NCBI GenBank assembly: GCA_031835245.2
Contig: JAVKOQ020000012.1
Coordinates: forward strand, 186,001-250,000
DNA length: 64,000 nucleotides
Reading direction: 5' to 3'
DNA from: Balamuthia mandrillaris
Taxonomy: Eukaryota
The translations under genes were made by a program, and so were the position numbers. Under the pieces are notes generated by a model. It ran no database searches. It had not been told where the DNA came from and was given only the letters and a program-made list of their open reading frames with translations. Below are positions 51,376 to 63,778 of the stretch, piece by piece (the stretch's first letter is position 1; every line of letters starts with the position of its first letter).

Positions 51376-53285
51376 CAGAGACAGAGACAGAGACAGAGAC
51401 AGAGAAGAGACAGAGACAGAGACAGAGACAGAGACAGAGACAGAGACAGAGACAGAGACAGAGACAGAGACAGAGACAGAGACAGAGACAGAGACAGAGA
51501 CAGAGACAGAGACAGAGACAGAGACAGAGACAGAGAAGAGCCAGAGACAGAGACAGAGACAGAGACAGAGAGAGAGAGAGAGAGAGAGAATTAACCTTCA
51601 ACAGTAATTGATACCGCGGTAAACGCTGAACAGGCATAATAAGAAGAGAATGAATGTCTTGCCTGCAGCGTGACTTACGCTCTGCTTCCTGTAAATCAAA
51701 AAGAAACCACACAACAAAGCTTAGGAACAAAGGATGTTTTCAAGTTTCAAAAAGGCTTTCCCGTTACCTTCAAGAAAGTGGCAAACTGCTGTTGCTCCGA
51801 AAGCTGCTTTAACATCGCTTGTGATCGCTCGTAGTTATTTATAAAATCAGAGTAAAGTTTCATCATTGGACCCTTTTGTTTTTAAAGAGTTAGCTCTCCA
51901 TAAAATGCTACTGAGAGAGAGACGTACGAATTTGATGAAAATGTCGCCCACAGAAGTTGACGTGGGCCACAACTTCATCCGTTCCTCTAACTCGCGCAAG
52001 AATTGGACGTTGAGAGGATAGAGTACTTCAACACTGGAAGCGATGGTGTTGACGGGATTGGAAGGAGTTGCAGCAGTTGTTCGCACGTCGTCACTGGATA
52101 GCTTCCCTCTAAAGAAATTGGTCAGAGAGTTGTGTTTCTTTAACTTTAGCGTGTCGGTGTCTGGTTGAAGTCCTAATTCTCTCATTGGTTTTATGTAATA
52201 CTAAAAGAACAGTAACAATCAGAATGAATGCAGCGCCTAAGAAGAAGCAAAAAAGAGAAAAAGACGAAGCCAAAGCACAAGAACAAGCAGGGCAGTAAAA
52301 CCTCGATGAGAATGCGAAGATGCTCCACGTAGGAACGTTCAGTGTCAACTATTTCCATCAATGCGTTTCTGCGATGGCGCAAGAAAGTGGCAGACGTGGT
52401 GCTGCAATATTGTTGCACCAGTTTACGGAAACGACGACGCAACAACCACGAACGAATGATAGTCTGTGCCTTTATGATCTTCTCTTCTGGAATGTGTCGT
52501 CTTGGCACCTCCTCCTGCATTTGTTGTACGCCATTATTAATACAAACAAAGTTATGAAGTGTACACAAGAGAGATAGAAGGCGAAGAAAAGCAAGAAACG
52601 AACGAAAAGAAACTACACGAACGAACGAGAACATAAAATAGAGGACAGACGAACAAAACAAGAGAGAAGCGTACAGGAAAGGCTTCGGCTTCGATGTAGA
52701 ACCGCAGGGTTTCTATTTCGTGGTTGAACTTCTTCATGGTAATGGCTATTTGCCCAACCGTCTCTCGAATGAGCGGCTCTATTGTCACGTCGTTGCTTCT
52801 CTCCACTGTCGCCGGTTGTTGGTCGTTTATAAAAGTGTTACAGGCAGCTATATTTTAACAAGCCGAAAGGGTCTGTCAACGAACAAAGAGGAACGAAGAA
52901 AGAGAAAGGAAGCCCAACCTAATAACTTAAAAACTAAAAGCTGAAGCCGTTTGAAGGACTGTTTGACGGCTCTGCCCTGGTTGAAGGTCTTGGCATGCTT
53001 GAACCGGTTACGTCGGCCCAAAGACACTATCAGCCGACTCAACTTCCCGGTGGCCTCCACCACGCCCTCCGCCTCCACCAAGTAAGCTTTCTTCTTGCTG
53101 TTGGTGAAAGCAAAAGACATGGAAGAAGAAGAAGCAGCTGGTGCGTTGTGGGTGGAAGTCCAATGGCTGGCCAGTTCTTGGCACTTTTCGAGGATCTCTC
53201 TGGCCAGAGCCACGGCGGTTCGGCAAAAGGCCTGCCCCGAGGTTATATTACTCTCTTCTTCTTCTGCCGTTAGTGGTTGTTCCAT
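49678..53285 (-). CDS. RhoGEF with IQ-DH-PH-C2 architecture; multi-exon
   Basis: IQ-like IIKAQTIIRSWLLRRRF; DH RRNALMEIVDTERSYVEHL and LLIMPVQRLPRYQLLL; PH RHLFLFSDCCIL...WLEKI; C2 LEVQLHRANHLVAQDRNG/SDPYAKV/DPEWNESF/ELWDED. Confidence 0.88.
51285..51590. repeat. Compound (GA)n/(GACAGA)n intronic microsatellite
   Basis: Read directly; lies in a RhoGEF intron. Confidence 0.95.
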
Positions 53286-53775
53286 CTTTTTAGTTGTTCT
53301 TGTTTCTTTTGGAGGGGCTTGTTGTTGACTTTATTTTACGCGCGTGCGCACGCAAAACAAACAAAGGAAAGGGAAGGCTGACGAGGAGAAAAAAAAAAGA
53401 AAGAACAAGGGGCAGATAGTGGTGGTGTAACTCTAGCCCTGATTCTCGTTTTGTCCACATAATAATAAAAATAAAAATTATTTATTGGATTCACAGATGT
53501 CCGCAAAAAAGGAGAAATCCCGATTTTCTCCCAGTTTTCTGACTTGCTTGACCGCAATGTGTACTCCATTGGTCCTCCTTAATCCAAAGGTACTACGAAA
53601 CTTCGACCCCAAAAAAAAAAAAGAAAAGAAAAAAGAAAAAAAAAAGAAAAGAAATAGTGGCGTTGGTGTGGTGTTTCAAAGATTTCAAGCACCAACTGCG
53701 GAGTGGTTGGCAGTAGAAGCAGTGGAGGAGGGAGCTTGAAAGAGAGAGAGAGAGAAACACTTTTTTAAAAAAAAA

Positions 53776-54400
53776 ATGGTTTCCAAAGCGTGGCTTATCG
53801 TGAGGTTAGTGCTGGCCTGCTTGGGTGCGTTTGCTGGCTTGACCGCTGCGCCCACCTTTGCCCACCTCCAGGCCTACGAGACCTGCGGCCTGGCCGTCCT
53901 CTCCGGCTTCTTCGCCGTCCTGCTCGTGGCCGTCCTCAGCAAGAAGGTGCACGACCTCCGCCGCCAGCACCGCTACATGCGCCTGCGCGTGGCCACCAAC
54001 AGCAGCGAGCCCCTCGCGGTGGGCCCCCCTCACAGGCTGGGCTTCAGCCCTTGCGTGACCACTTTTCTCTTCGTGCTGGGCATCTTGGGCAACCTGCTCG
54101 GCCTGGCGGCCATGGTGGGGTACGGCGTATGGGCGGGCATTCACCACGAGAAGCTCAACGCCCAGTCGCACTGGTTGGGCATTGTTTGGGGATGGATGAC
54201 GTGGAAGTGGTCCTTTGGCTTGCTTTGGGAGGTACCCATGTCTCTTTCTCCCTCCTCCCTCCTTCCCTTTCTCTCCCTTCTCTCAACTCTTTCACTCACC
54301 CACTCTCTCTTTCATCTGTTTCATCTGTGGTTTTAACTGTGCTATCTCTCTGCTTGAATAGACGCGCCCCAAACGAGAACCGTACCAAGAGGCATACTGA
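53776..54400 (+). CDS. HRG1/SLC48A1-like heme transporter (4 TM); 2 exons
   Basis: Four hydrophobic segments; SHWLGIVWGWMTWKWSFGLL matches the HRG-family last-TM signature (human SYYLSSVWSFISFKWAFLL); last exon TRPKREPYQEAY*. Confidence 0.72.
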
Positions 54401-54490
54401 ACACTCCTCAACTCTCAAGTATTTATTTATACACAGAAACTTATCTACAAACATCTCCATACCCATCTCTCCACTCTACCACACGTCCTT

Positions 54491-55614
54491 TCAAGCTTGC
54501 GACGTGGAAGCAAGCGATGATGTATCCTTATTACCGTTGGTAGCGTTGTCGCCTTGCTTCAAAGCCCGGAACCAAGGCCTTTCCTCCAACGTTCCAAAGT
54601 AAACAGCCTGCCAGCGCGTAACCTTTGCCAAGAACGTGTTGACCTTGTTGCCACACCGCAGCAGCCACTGCTTGCAGGCCTCTTCCTCCCCCGCTACGCT
54701 GCACAGCCTTGCCATGCAATAGCAACTCCATAGATCCTCTCCTCTTCCTCCTCCTACAGAGGCAGCAAGGTTGCTCTCTAACATCCTTCTGGCCTCGCTC
54801 AAGCACTGACGGCTCAGTTGGTGCTCATGCCAGGCGTGAGCGGCCTTGTAAGCACGCAGCACCAACGTCATGGCCCAGTTGCAGAGCGTCAAGCGGTTGC
54901 GAGGATTGAGGCGGATGGCCTCTCGAAACTTGTCGCAGCTGAGGGCAAACAGCCGCTCCGCCTCGCCGCGGTCCTGTTGGATCATAGCATGGTCGCTGAG
55001 AGCTAATCCCCAATTGCTCAATAGCACGTCTTCATGACCTCTCGGACTATGATCTGCTGAAGAAGAATCGGAAGAAGCAGAGGAAGGTGTTGATGCAGTT
55101 GTGTTGCTATTGTCGCCATTATTATTATCGGTAGCAGAGGTTCTGAGCGCCGCAAGAGCTTGACAGGCGGCTTCGTACTTTTCGTAGGACTGGAGAAAGA
55201 GGTCATCGCTGCCGGGCTGACCATGCCTGCTGTTGGCGTACTCGCTGAGAGCATCCGCCCAGTCGCTAAGCACGTCGGGATCGTCTGCTCGCAGCTTGGC
55301 TGCTTCCTCAATCTTTTCCAATGATATGTGGAACAGCTGGGATGCCTTCTCTCCATCATGTCTGCTTGCATGCTCTCTGTAAGCATTCGACCAGTTTGTG
55401 TATACCAACCAGGCATCAGGGTGAGCGGGTTGCAGGGCGATCGTTTCAGAGAACTTCTGATAGGCGGCATCAAAGAGGGAGTCCACTTCGTGCAAATCTT
55501 TTCTGAGCTTTGTGTGCACCGACAACGCCAATCCCCAATTGTTCAGTGTGCTGTTTTCAAAAAAAAAAATGAGCAAAGAGAATACAAACACGACTTGGTT
55601 GGTTTATGCAGTGA

Positions 55615-55650
<36 letters not shown>

Positions 55651-55976
55651 GGAGAAGAAGACGCAGAGTGTAGAGCAGATAACTCAAAGGGAAGAGATAT
55701 AAACCTATAGTCAGGCGATATTTCGAAGGACTCCTTAAACTTTTGGTAGGCAAGATGGAACAGCTTGTCGGCCGTTTCCATATCACCGTCTGCAGAGAGG
55801 AGGCTGTTGCGTTGTGCTATGGTGGATAAGGCTGAAGCCCAATTGCTTAGAGCGCAACACTTGGTCACATCATCTGGATTTAAGGCAATAGCTGATGCAA
55901 ACTCTTTGTTGTTGTTGTTTGAAGAACAAAAACTTGAGGAGGAACATGGAGATGACAGCGGGAAGAAAGAAGGAGC

Positions 55977-56010
<34 letters not shown>

Positions 56011-56737
56011 AGACCTTCGCAGGCAATAACAAGAAGGAGGTCCTTGTCTTCCTCAGCCACTACTGTTGGTTTCCCGTCTTTCTTCTTCTTCCTCTTCCCC
56101 TCTATGCCCTTTTGCTGATTGTTGTTAGTGGTATTGTCTCGTATAAGGAGACCTAGCTCAGCACCCTCTCCTTCCTCCTCCTCCTCTTCTGCTTCGCTGT
56201 CCTCATGTTCTTCCTCTTCTTCTTCCACTTCGTCTGCACTCTCCTCCTCCTCCTCCTCAATCTTGTAAGTAGCACGAGGGCTAGCCAGTTGGGTGAGTTG
56301 ATGCCCAGCCACAGTGTAGGCCAAGCCATCCATCGCAGCACCAACAAAAGTGTTCTGCTCGGGCAAATGTTTCAGTTCCAATCTGTCTTACAGATAAATA
56401 AAACCAATCAGTGATGTTTTATACAAAAAACAAAAACGAAAAAGTGCAACCTGCGTCGATCTGTCCAAAGTTTCTTCCATGTGAGGTCCTCGCAGAGAGG
56501 AAGCGGATGGTGAGGGCTTTGCTCCAGGTGAAAGGTTTGTTTGTAGAGCCTGCGCCAGAGGGAGGGGTCTTCAGCGTAGATGTGCATGAACCGATCGAGC
56601 TGGGTGACCAACGCCAGCTCCTTCGGCCCCAACAACGACAATATGGTCAAAATGACCTCCGGAGGGAGTTTATGAAAGAGATGCAGGGGCTCTGCCTCAG
56701 CGATGACCACCCCTTCCTCTTCCTCCATCTTTTGCAT
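54491..56737 (-). CDS. F-box + TPR-repeat protein; multi-exon
   Basis: FHKLPPEVILTILSLLGPKELALV...LWRRLY F-box; repeated (N/D)W(G/A/S)xALS TPR units; C-terminal YCMARLCS...F.TLEERPWF cap. Confidence 0.82.
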
Positions 56738-56948
56738 TCGTTTTTTATTATTCGAATAAATAATTCTCATGACGACATTGAATGATATATATTACCCTTG
56801 CCGTGTACTTTTCTCCCACATAATACTTTGAGTTCATCTGACGAGAGTTATAGGGTGGTACCCCAACCTATGATAATTTTTACATTCATGCTGGTATTAG
56901 GTCATCTTCCCGCCAAAGAAAGAAAGAAAGAAAGCAAAGAGGGGAGAG

Positions 56949-57528
56949 ATGAAGAGCAGAGCGAAGAAGAAGAAGAGCGCGGAGGAGGAAGAGGAGGATG
57001 AAGACTATTGCGATTTTCAAATAACAAAGCAACGGAAGGCATCATCACGATCCAGGCCTTCCAAAAGCAAAGTGAAATCTGCAGAGGCTGCGGACAAGAC
57101 AGAATGGTCGGTGACCTTCTTCCTCGCAGATTAATTATTTATTTATTTTATTTTATTTGCTTTTTCTTCTCTTCAATATGCTTATCTGTTCTTACTTGTT
57201 GTTACATTTTTCAAAAAAAAAACACAAGCATAAAGGACATAGAGGACCTGAGTGCACCAATTATCATCACGGACCAAAACGCAAAGAGCTTCTGCTTTCA
57301 GCAGGACGAGGTAGAGCGCCTCCGCAGTGACCTGCTCTCTTGGTACGATGAGCACAAAAGAGAGATGCCCTGGAGGACCATCAGCGAGGCTCATCGCGTG
57401 CGAAGAACTGCTACCGATGTGCCTCCTCAAGAAGAAGAAGCTGATGAAGAGGAGGCAAATAATGTCGGCTATGCTGTTTGGGTCTCTGAAGTGATGCTTC
57501 AACAAACAAGGTATGTTTCGTTTTTGTT

Positions 57529-57559
<31 letters not shown>

Positions 57560-59213
57560 GAAGCGAAGAGAGAAGAGATGGTAACTGAGGTAAAGATAAG
57601 CTATAGAGACCAAAGCAAGATGATATTAACCAACGTTTGCATAAAATAGAGTAGATACGGTGGTAGCCTATTTTAATAAATGGATGAAGAGATGGCCCAC
57701 CGTCGCGCACCTCGCGCGCGCCACGTTGGAAGAGGTCAACGAGGCATGGGCCGGTCTTGGTTATTATCGCCGAGCACGCTACCTTCATCAAGGTGCCACA
57801 TTATTGATGGAAAAGTTTAAGGTTCCTTTCCTGTCTTGCCTCTCTCCTCTGCTTTTGCTCTTACCTCCCTCCCTCCCTTCCCTCTCATTCTAATCTGTTT
57901 TTCTCTATTTCCACCTTTTCGTGTTGATCCTAGGGGCGGTTGCCAAGGACGGCCGCAGAGCTTAAAAAGATACCGGGCATTGGACCCTACACAGCTGGAG
58001 CCATTGCTTCCATTGCGTTTGGAGAGAGCACGCCTCTGGTGGATGGCAATGTCATTCGTGTGCTTTCTCGACTAAGGGCCATTCCTGCTGATCCTACTCA
58101 TGCTCAAACCGTTAAACTATTTTGGTTAGTATTTCAATTCTTTGTTCTCTTGTCTTACTTTCATTGCGAAACTTATCCTTGCTGCCTTGTTCAATGAACA
58201 GGAAGTTAGCTGGTGATTTGGTGTGTGACAACCGACCTGGTTGCTTTAACCAAGCGTTGATGGAACTCGGGGCCACTGTATGTACTGTTCAATCACCCAA
58301 ATGCTCTCAACTTTGTCCCATCTCCAGCCATTGCAGAGCTTTCCAACAAGCAAGCGAGGGCAACGAGGGTGTCACCCGCTATCCGCTCAAAGTCAAGAAA
58401 ACCAAACAGCGAGAAGAAACCGTTCATGTTTGCATAGTCACGCGACAATCCTCTTCTTGCTCGCTCTCTTCCATCATCAAAGAAAGAACATCCACAACAT
58501 TGAAACGAGAAGACGAAGAAGACGAAGAAGAACACAGGGTATCACCATGCTTCTCGCTGGAGACAAGTTATTTAATAGTGCAAAGACCAGATACTGGTTT
58601 GTTGGCTTCGTTGTGGGAGTTCCCGACCGTGATAGTAGATGAAGAAGAAGCTGAAAGCAAAAGCAAGAGAACAAGAAAGATGGATGCCTTTTTGGTGGAC
58701 GCCCTAGGCATCAGTTCTGATGATATCAAGAATGGAGAAAGGCAGTTTGTTGGGGAGACTACTCATCTATTCTCCCACATACGACAACGGTTATTGGTGG
58801 AACAGCTTTGTCTACCAGCAACTACAACTGCGTCAAAACGAGATGTTCAAGCAGCGGAAGAGGAAGAAGTGAAATGTAAAGAGGAAGAAAACGACGAGGA
58901 CGAGGCTGTGCGAAAAGAACAAAGGAAGAGAAAGAGAGCAAAACTTAAGGGAGACTCTGGAGCGGTGGAGTTACAAAAGACGACCAAACGTGCAAGACGC
59001 AACGCTTCTGCTTCAACTACCTCCATTCGAGCAATGCGATGGTTGACCGCAGAGGAACTCTCAGAAGCAGCCATTTCCAAAGGCATGAAAAAGTGTTTCG
59101 AGCTTACCACAAAACCAAAAGTCAAACCGGGAAAGAAGACAAAGACAACAAAACCGCAAGCCACCTTGGACAAATTTTTTTCGATAGGAGCTCGCCAAAG
59201 TGATAAACGATAA
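56949..59213 (+). CDS. MUTYH: A/G-specific adenine DNA glycosylase MUTYH; multi-exon
   Basis: VWVSEVMLQQT, WAGLGYYRRAR, HhH IPGIGPYTAGAIASIAF, VDGNVIRV, Fe-S cysteines, NUDIX-like GLLASLWEFP, HLFSHI, PIP-like QATLDKFF. Confidence 0.95.
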
Positions 59214-59441
59214 GTGGAACATGCGGAAGAAAAAAAAACCAACGAAAGTGCAGTTTTAGGGAGAAGATAGGCACGCAACATTCTTCTTTTTTAGGTTGTT
59301 GGCTCTATATTAAACATTCATTTTCCTGCATCAACGACAACGCAAAACGAACGGAACCAACCAATCGAAACAAAAAAAAGACCGTACCTTCTTTTTGTTT
59401 TTGCCCTCGGAAGACAAACAAAAACATTAAAAAAAAACAGA

Positions 59442-60410
59442 ATGTGCAACAAACCACTGTTTGCGGCTGGCCTTTTGCTCGTGCTGCTGGCCTTGTTTGG
59501 CGTTGGCGGAAGTAACGCTGAGATCGATGGCGGCCGCGTTTGCGGAATCAACGGCAGGAACTACGAGAGCAAAGAGGCGGCCGAGAAGGACGGCACCCAC
59601 GTGCTCCACTGCGGAGAGTGCGGCGCCTGCTCTAACGTTCATGACATTTTGATTTATAACTCTACCAGAAACAACCTTACCGTTACTACCAGGTTTGTTG
59701 CAACTATTGCTTTGTTTTTTCACACAGAGAGAGAGAGAGAGAGGAGAGAGGGGAGAGGAAGAGCGAGAGAGAGAGAGAGAGCGTGAGAGGATGAGAGGAC
59801 CAAGGAAGCCAGTCAGTACGCTCCACCACCTCCATATGCCTTCCATGCCATAAAGAGAGATAGAGAATAAACAAGAAGCTAACAAAACGAACAAAAGAGA
59901 GTGCGCCTACTTGTACCTCTTCCCCGGAAGGTGGGCCGCAAAGGCTTGCATGCAATCAAGGGTAACGCGACCCCCCCCTTCCTCCCCCAAACTTGTTCAC
60001 CCTCTTACCCTTTTTTTTCTTTTTTCTTCGTTTTTAATATTTTAAATGTTTTTTGCTTTCCTTACCTTTCTTCTTTTTTCCCTATATAGGTTGGTTTCAC
60101 AGACGAGTGCTTGGAATGTTGGTTGGACAACATCGAGTGCGACACGCATACCTGCGTGTGGGTCTGCATCTGGGAGAACATCATCCACTGGGGCAGCCAC
60201 TTTGACGAGAACAACCCCTGCATCGCCTGCGATGAGAACAACTGCGGGAAGCCCTTCATCCAGTGCGCCGGGGCCAACAGACGACGCGCCGGCATTAAGT
60301 CGGACATCGACAGGGCCGGAGATGAGGTCTGCGCCATTGCGGACTGGGAGCTTGCCGTACTAAAACAACAACACGAAGCGTCTGGCGGTGCAGTATTGTC
60401 CGAGCAGTGA
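59442..60410 (+). CDS. Secreted cysteine-rich protein of unknown function; 3 exons
   Basis: Signal peptide; HCGECGACSNVHDI, CLECWLDNIECD, CIACDENNCG, CAGANRRRAGIKSDI. Confidence 0.75.
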
Positions 60411-61024
60411 AAGAAACTGCCCTTTCATCGTAGAACAGCTCCGCAAAACGTATATTAACAACAACAAAGGGTGCAGTTCCGATATTTCTTTCACAACAAC
60501 TGGAGATGGATCTTTAAAAGAAGACATATTAAGCGGTTACGGTTCTTGCAAGTTCCCGTTTTTAATAAAAATTTCGTTCGTGCTCATCCTATGATTGGTC
60601 CCACGCAGCACAGCAATTATGTAATTAATCCATCCATAATTAATCAATTATAATTTGCCTTTTATGCCTAAATGAACCAATCCTCCCCGCTATCTCTGCC
60701 CCGCAACGTTCCATGAAAGGTTTGCTGCCGAAGGACAACGGGGATCAGCTGGATTGATTTTTCCTGTTTCCTGATGCTTTTTATTATTTTTTTTTTGTTT
60801 GTTGTGTTCTTTTTTCTATAACCCTTTAGGCACACACGCGCAAAGCACCGGTACACCCTGTAAACCGTTAGCGTGGTATCCTGTCAGAGGCACAAACGGC
60901 CAACCACAGCGGCAAAGGGGTCTCTTACAAAGACATAAAGCGTCGTGCGTGAGGGCCGGCCTGCAATTTTGTTTTCCTTTTATTTATTTATTTGTATAGT
61001 TGTTCGATAAGGAGAGGGAGAAAG

Positions 61025-61084
61025 ATGAAAGCGGGCTACCAACTCTCTCTTTGCGGAGTATTTCTGTTAGGTTGGTTATCTTTC

Positions 61085-61138
<54 letters not shown>

Positions 61139-62001
61139 CGCTGTTCTCCTTCTTATTTATGCTCATCGAAAACCTATAAATCTTTTTTTTTGAAGTATTC
61201 GTTTTGCTGGTGGGACTCCCGCAAACCAAGTCATTCGACTTTGATGTGGACAGCCTGGACCTTCCCGAGGATGTGAGGGATATCCTCAAGAGACAGGGCA
61301 CTTCCTCCGACCTGCCGGCGGACTTCATGAGCCCCACCGTGGAGGGCGCCTACTGCGTGCACAAGGACCAGCTCAACATGTCCTATCCCTGCTACGACTT
61401 TTTGAACTACACCTACGTCTACGTGGACAAGTATCAACCCATTCGAGATGCCTACGCCGCTGGGTACGTTTTTTCCCCGTTAGGCCTTTTGGTGAAGGTA
61501 TTCCACACGGATGATGACTCTTTTTTTTGTTCGGTGTCTGTTTCTAGTGTGTTAGGAAGTGTTCCAAATGCCGAGTGCCGGCTTCGGTCATCTCGTTATG
61601 TGTGCCCCACGTACTACCGGTTTGTTCATTCCGTTTCTTCTCTCTATCCTCTCCTCTTTATAACAGATAAATACACAGTGAGTGCATGACACTGACAGCC
61701 CCTGATGATGGCACCAACACCACCTCGGGCTCCAACCAAGTGGCGGTAGGCGGCTACGTCTGCCGCAAGCTTTGCCGGGCGCGAGTGGACGCCTGCATCT
61801 CGGCCGTCCCGCCGGAGCGCCGGGCCACGTTCCTCAACTGTGACATCGTGAACCCCGAGCTGTTTGGACCCTCACCCTACAACATCTTCCCCGAGCACAA
61901 CGAGACCTACACGGTGACTGCCCCTAACGGACAGAACATCACCTACGTCGACCAGTGCTACGATGACAGCGAAAGAGTGGAATGTGAGTCCTCTTTCTCT
62001 C

Positions 62002-62053
<52 letters not shown>

Positions 62054-63479
62054 TCGCTTTTCGCTCGTCTCTTTGCTCTGTCATAACATGTTGGCCTCTG
62101 TTATAGACACCACGCAAGTAAATTGTCCGGCTGGAACGTTCAACTTGGAGCCTGGCGTGTGTGCTTTCCAATGTCCCGAACCGCTCATTGAGGACGACGA
62201 GTTCGACGCCATCACCATCATGATGAGCGTGATGGGCTGGCTGTCCTTCGTGCTGATGGCCTTCCTGGTGGTCACTTACTTGGTGGACCCTGACAAGAGG
62301 AAGTTCCCCAACCATTTGCCTCTCTTCTTCTTTATTGCCATTTTGGGCTTCTCCTTCGCCTTTTGCTTGGCCAGCGCTGTTGGACACAAGGACATGATCT
62401 GCGACAACGAAGAGGAGGCCAACTACTTTGGTGCTGGAGCCTGCACGGTGCAGGGCATGTTGGTGGTGTACTTCTTCTTCGCAGCGGTGTTGTGGTGGTT
62501 GGTCATCTGCTTCAACATCTTCCTGATGTTGATGTTGGCCGCCAACCAAGTAGACTACCGTAAGAGGGGGCTTCGCAACTCCCTTATCATTGGTTACCAC
62601 TGCTTCGCCTGGCTGCTGCCCTTGTTGCCTTTGATCATCAGCTTGTCGGCGGAGCGATTGGGCGCCAACGGTTCCGACCTGTGGTGCACCATCCACTCCT
62701 CCTCTTCGGACAATCGTTTGGTATTGGAGATCGGAGGAGGTTATGCAGGCGTGACCACGGCAGGAGAGTCCACCAACGCATGGAACTTTGGCCTCTTCTG
62801 GTCACCCATCATTCTTTGCGTGCTGATCGGCATAAGCTTCATCTTCGTGGTCATCCTCTTCCAGCTGAGACAGGAGAGCGGATGGAAGGGCTTCGTCAAG
62901 TTCATCTCCGGCCAATGGAGGATCTTCGCCTTCTTGGCCTTGTACATTTGGGTGTGCGTCTTCCTCTTCGCCTTCCAGCTCGACTTCGAGGTGAAGCGGA
63001 ATGACCAGTACGATGACTATGCCACCTACACCGCCTGCCTCTTCCAACGAAACGCTGCCATGGAGGTGGATGCCGCTCTGCGCGAACTTACCGGCGAAGG
63101 CTTGGCCTATTTGCCTCCTGTTTGCAACCTAGATTCCAATGTATGTTCTCTTTTTTTTTGCCCCTTCTGTTGTGTGTTATCGAGAGATTAACCTCCGATA
63201 CAATAACAGGTGAACTACCCGCTGTGGGTGATAGCAGCGTTTAACTTTGTGGGCCAAGGCGTGTTCGTCTTTTTCATCTTCGGCACCAGCACCCGCGTCT
63301 ACAAAGTATGGTATAATGTGGCCACCTTGCAGACCATCCCAAGGGCCAGCACCAACAGCAGCACACTCTCCAACGATGGCCAGGGTGGCAACAAAACGGG
63401 AAAGATGACCAAGGTGAAGGGCAAGCGGCTTGCTGGTGGCAGCTTGGCGATGGATTCCATGTCCGACGAGATCAATTGA
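61025..63479 (+). CDS. Frizzled/Smoothened-like (class F) 7TM receptor; multi-exon
   Basis: Signal peptide, Cys-rich ectodomain (CRLRSSRYVCPTYYREC, VCRKLCRARVDAC), CAFQCPEP linker, KFPNHLP, CTVQG, LWWLVI, YHCFAW, WC, TM7 followed by TRVYKVW. Confidence 0.85.
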
Positions 63480-63778
63480 GCATGGCGCGCACAAAGACAG
63501 ACACACTGTCTTTTTTTTTTGTTTGTTTTGTTTGTTCTTCTTAGTTTAGTTTTGGTTTTGTTTGGCTGCTTTTTTGTTTTGTTTTTTAAATGCTTTCGTT
63601 TCAACCACTTGTACCTTTACAATTCTTTTTACGATAACGTTGTTTTATTTTTATTTATTTTGTCTTCACTCCCTCTGCGCCAGCCAGCAAGCAAGCACGA
63701 AAAGGCAACCATCCGAATACCAAAGATATTGACCGCGTCGACGAGAGTGCAACCGCTGGTCGCCCTTTTTTATTCTTC

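Noticed and set aside
51170..51730. ORFs with LCLCLC, RQRQRQ or SLSLSL runs (also 2857-3192 and 29244-29812)
   Set aside because: They are translations of intronic microsatellites, not proteins.
6876..56737. A ubiquitin gene cluster (two F-box, otubain, BTB, USP fusion)
   Set aside because: These are large families interspersed with unrelated housekeeping genes; nothing shows functional clustering.
60656..60670. GCCTTTTAT resembling U5 snRNA loop I
   Set aside because: Mismatch to GCCTTTTAC and no convincing closing stem or Sm site.
60830..60962. Second possible structured RNA upstream of the Frizzled-like gene
   Set aside because: Only short 5-7-bp pairings, as expected by chance; probably promoter or 5' UTR.
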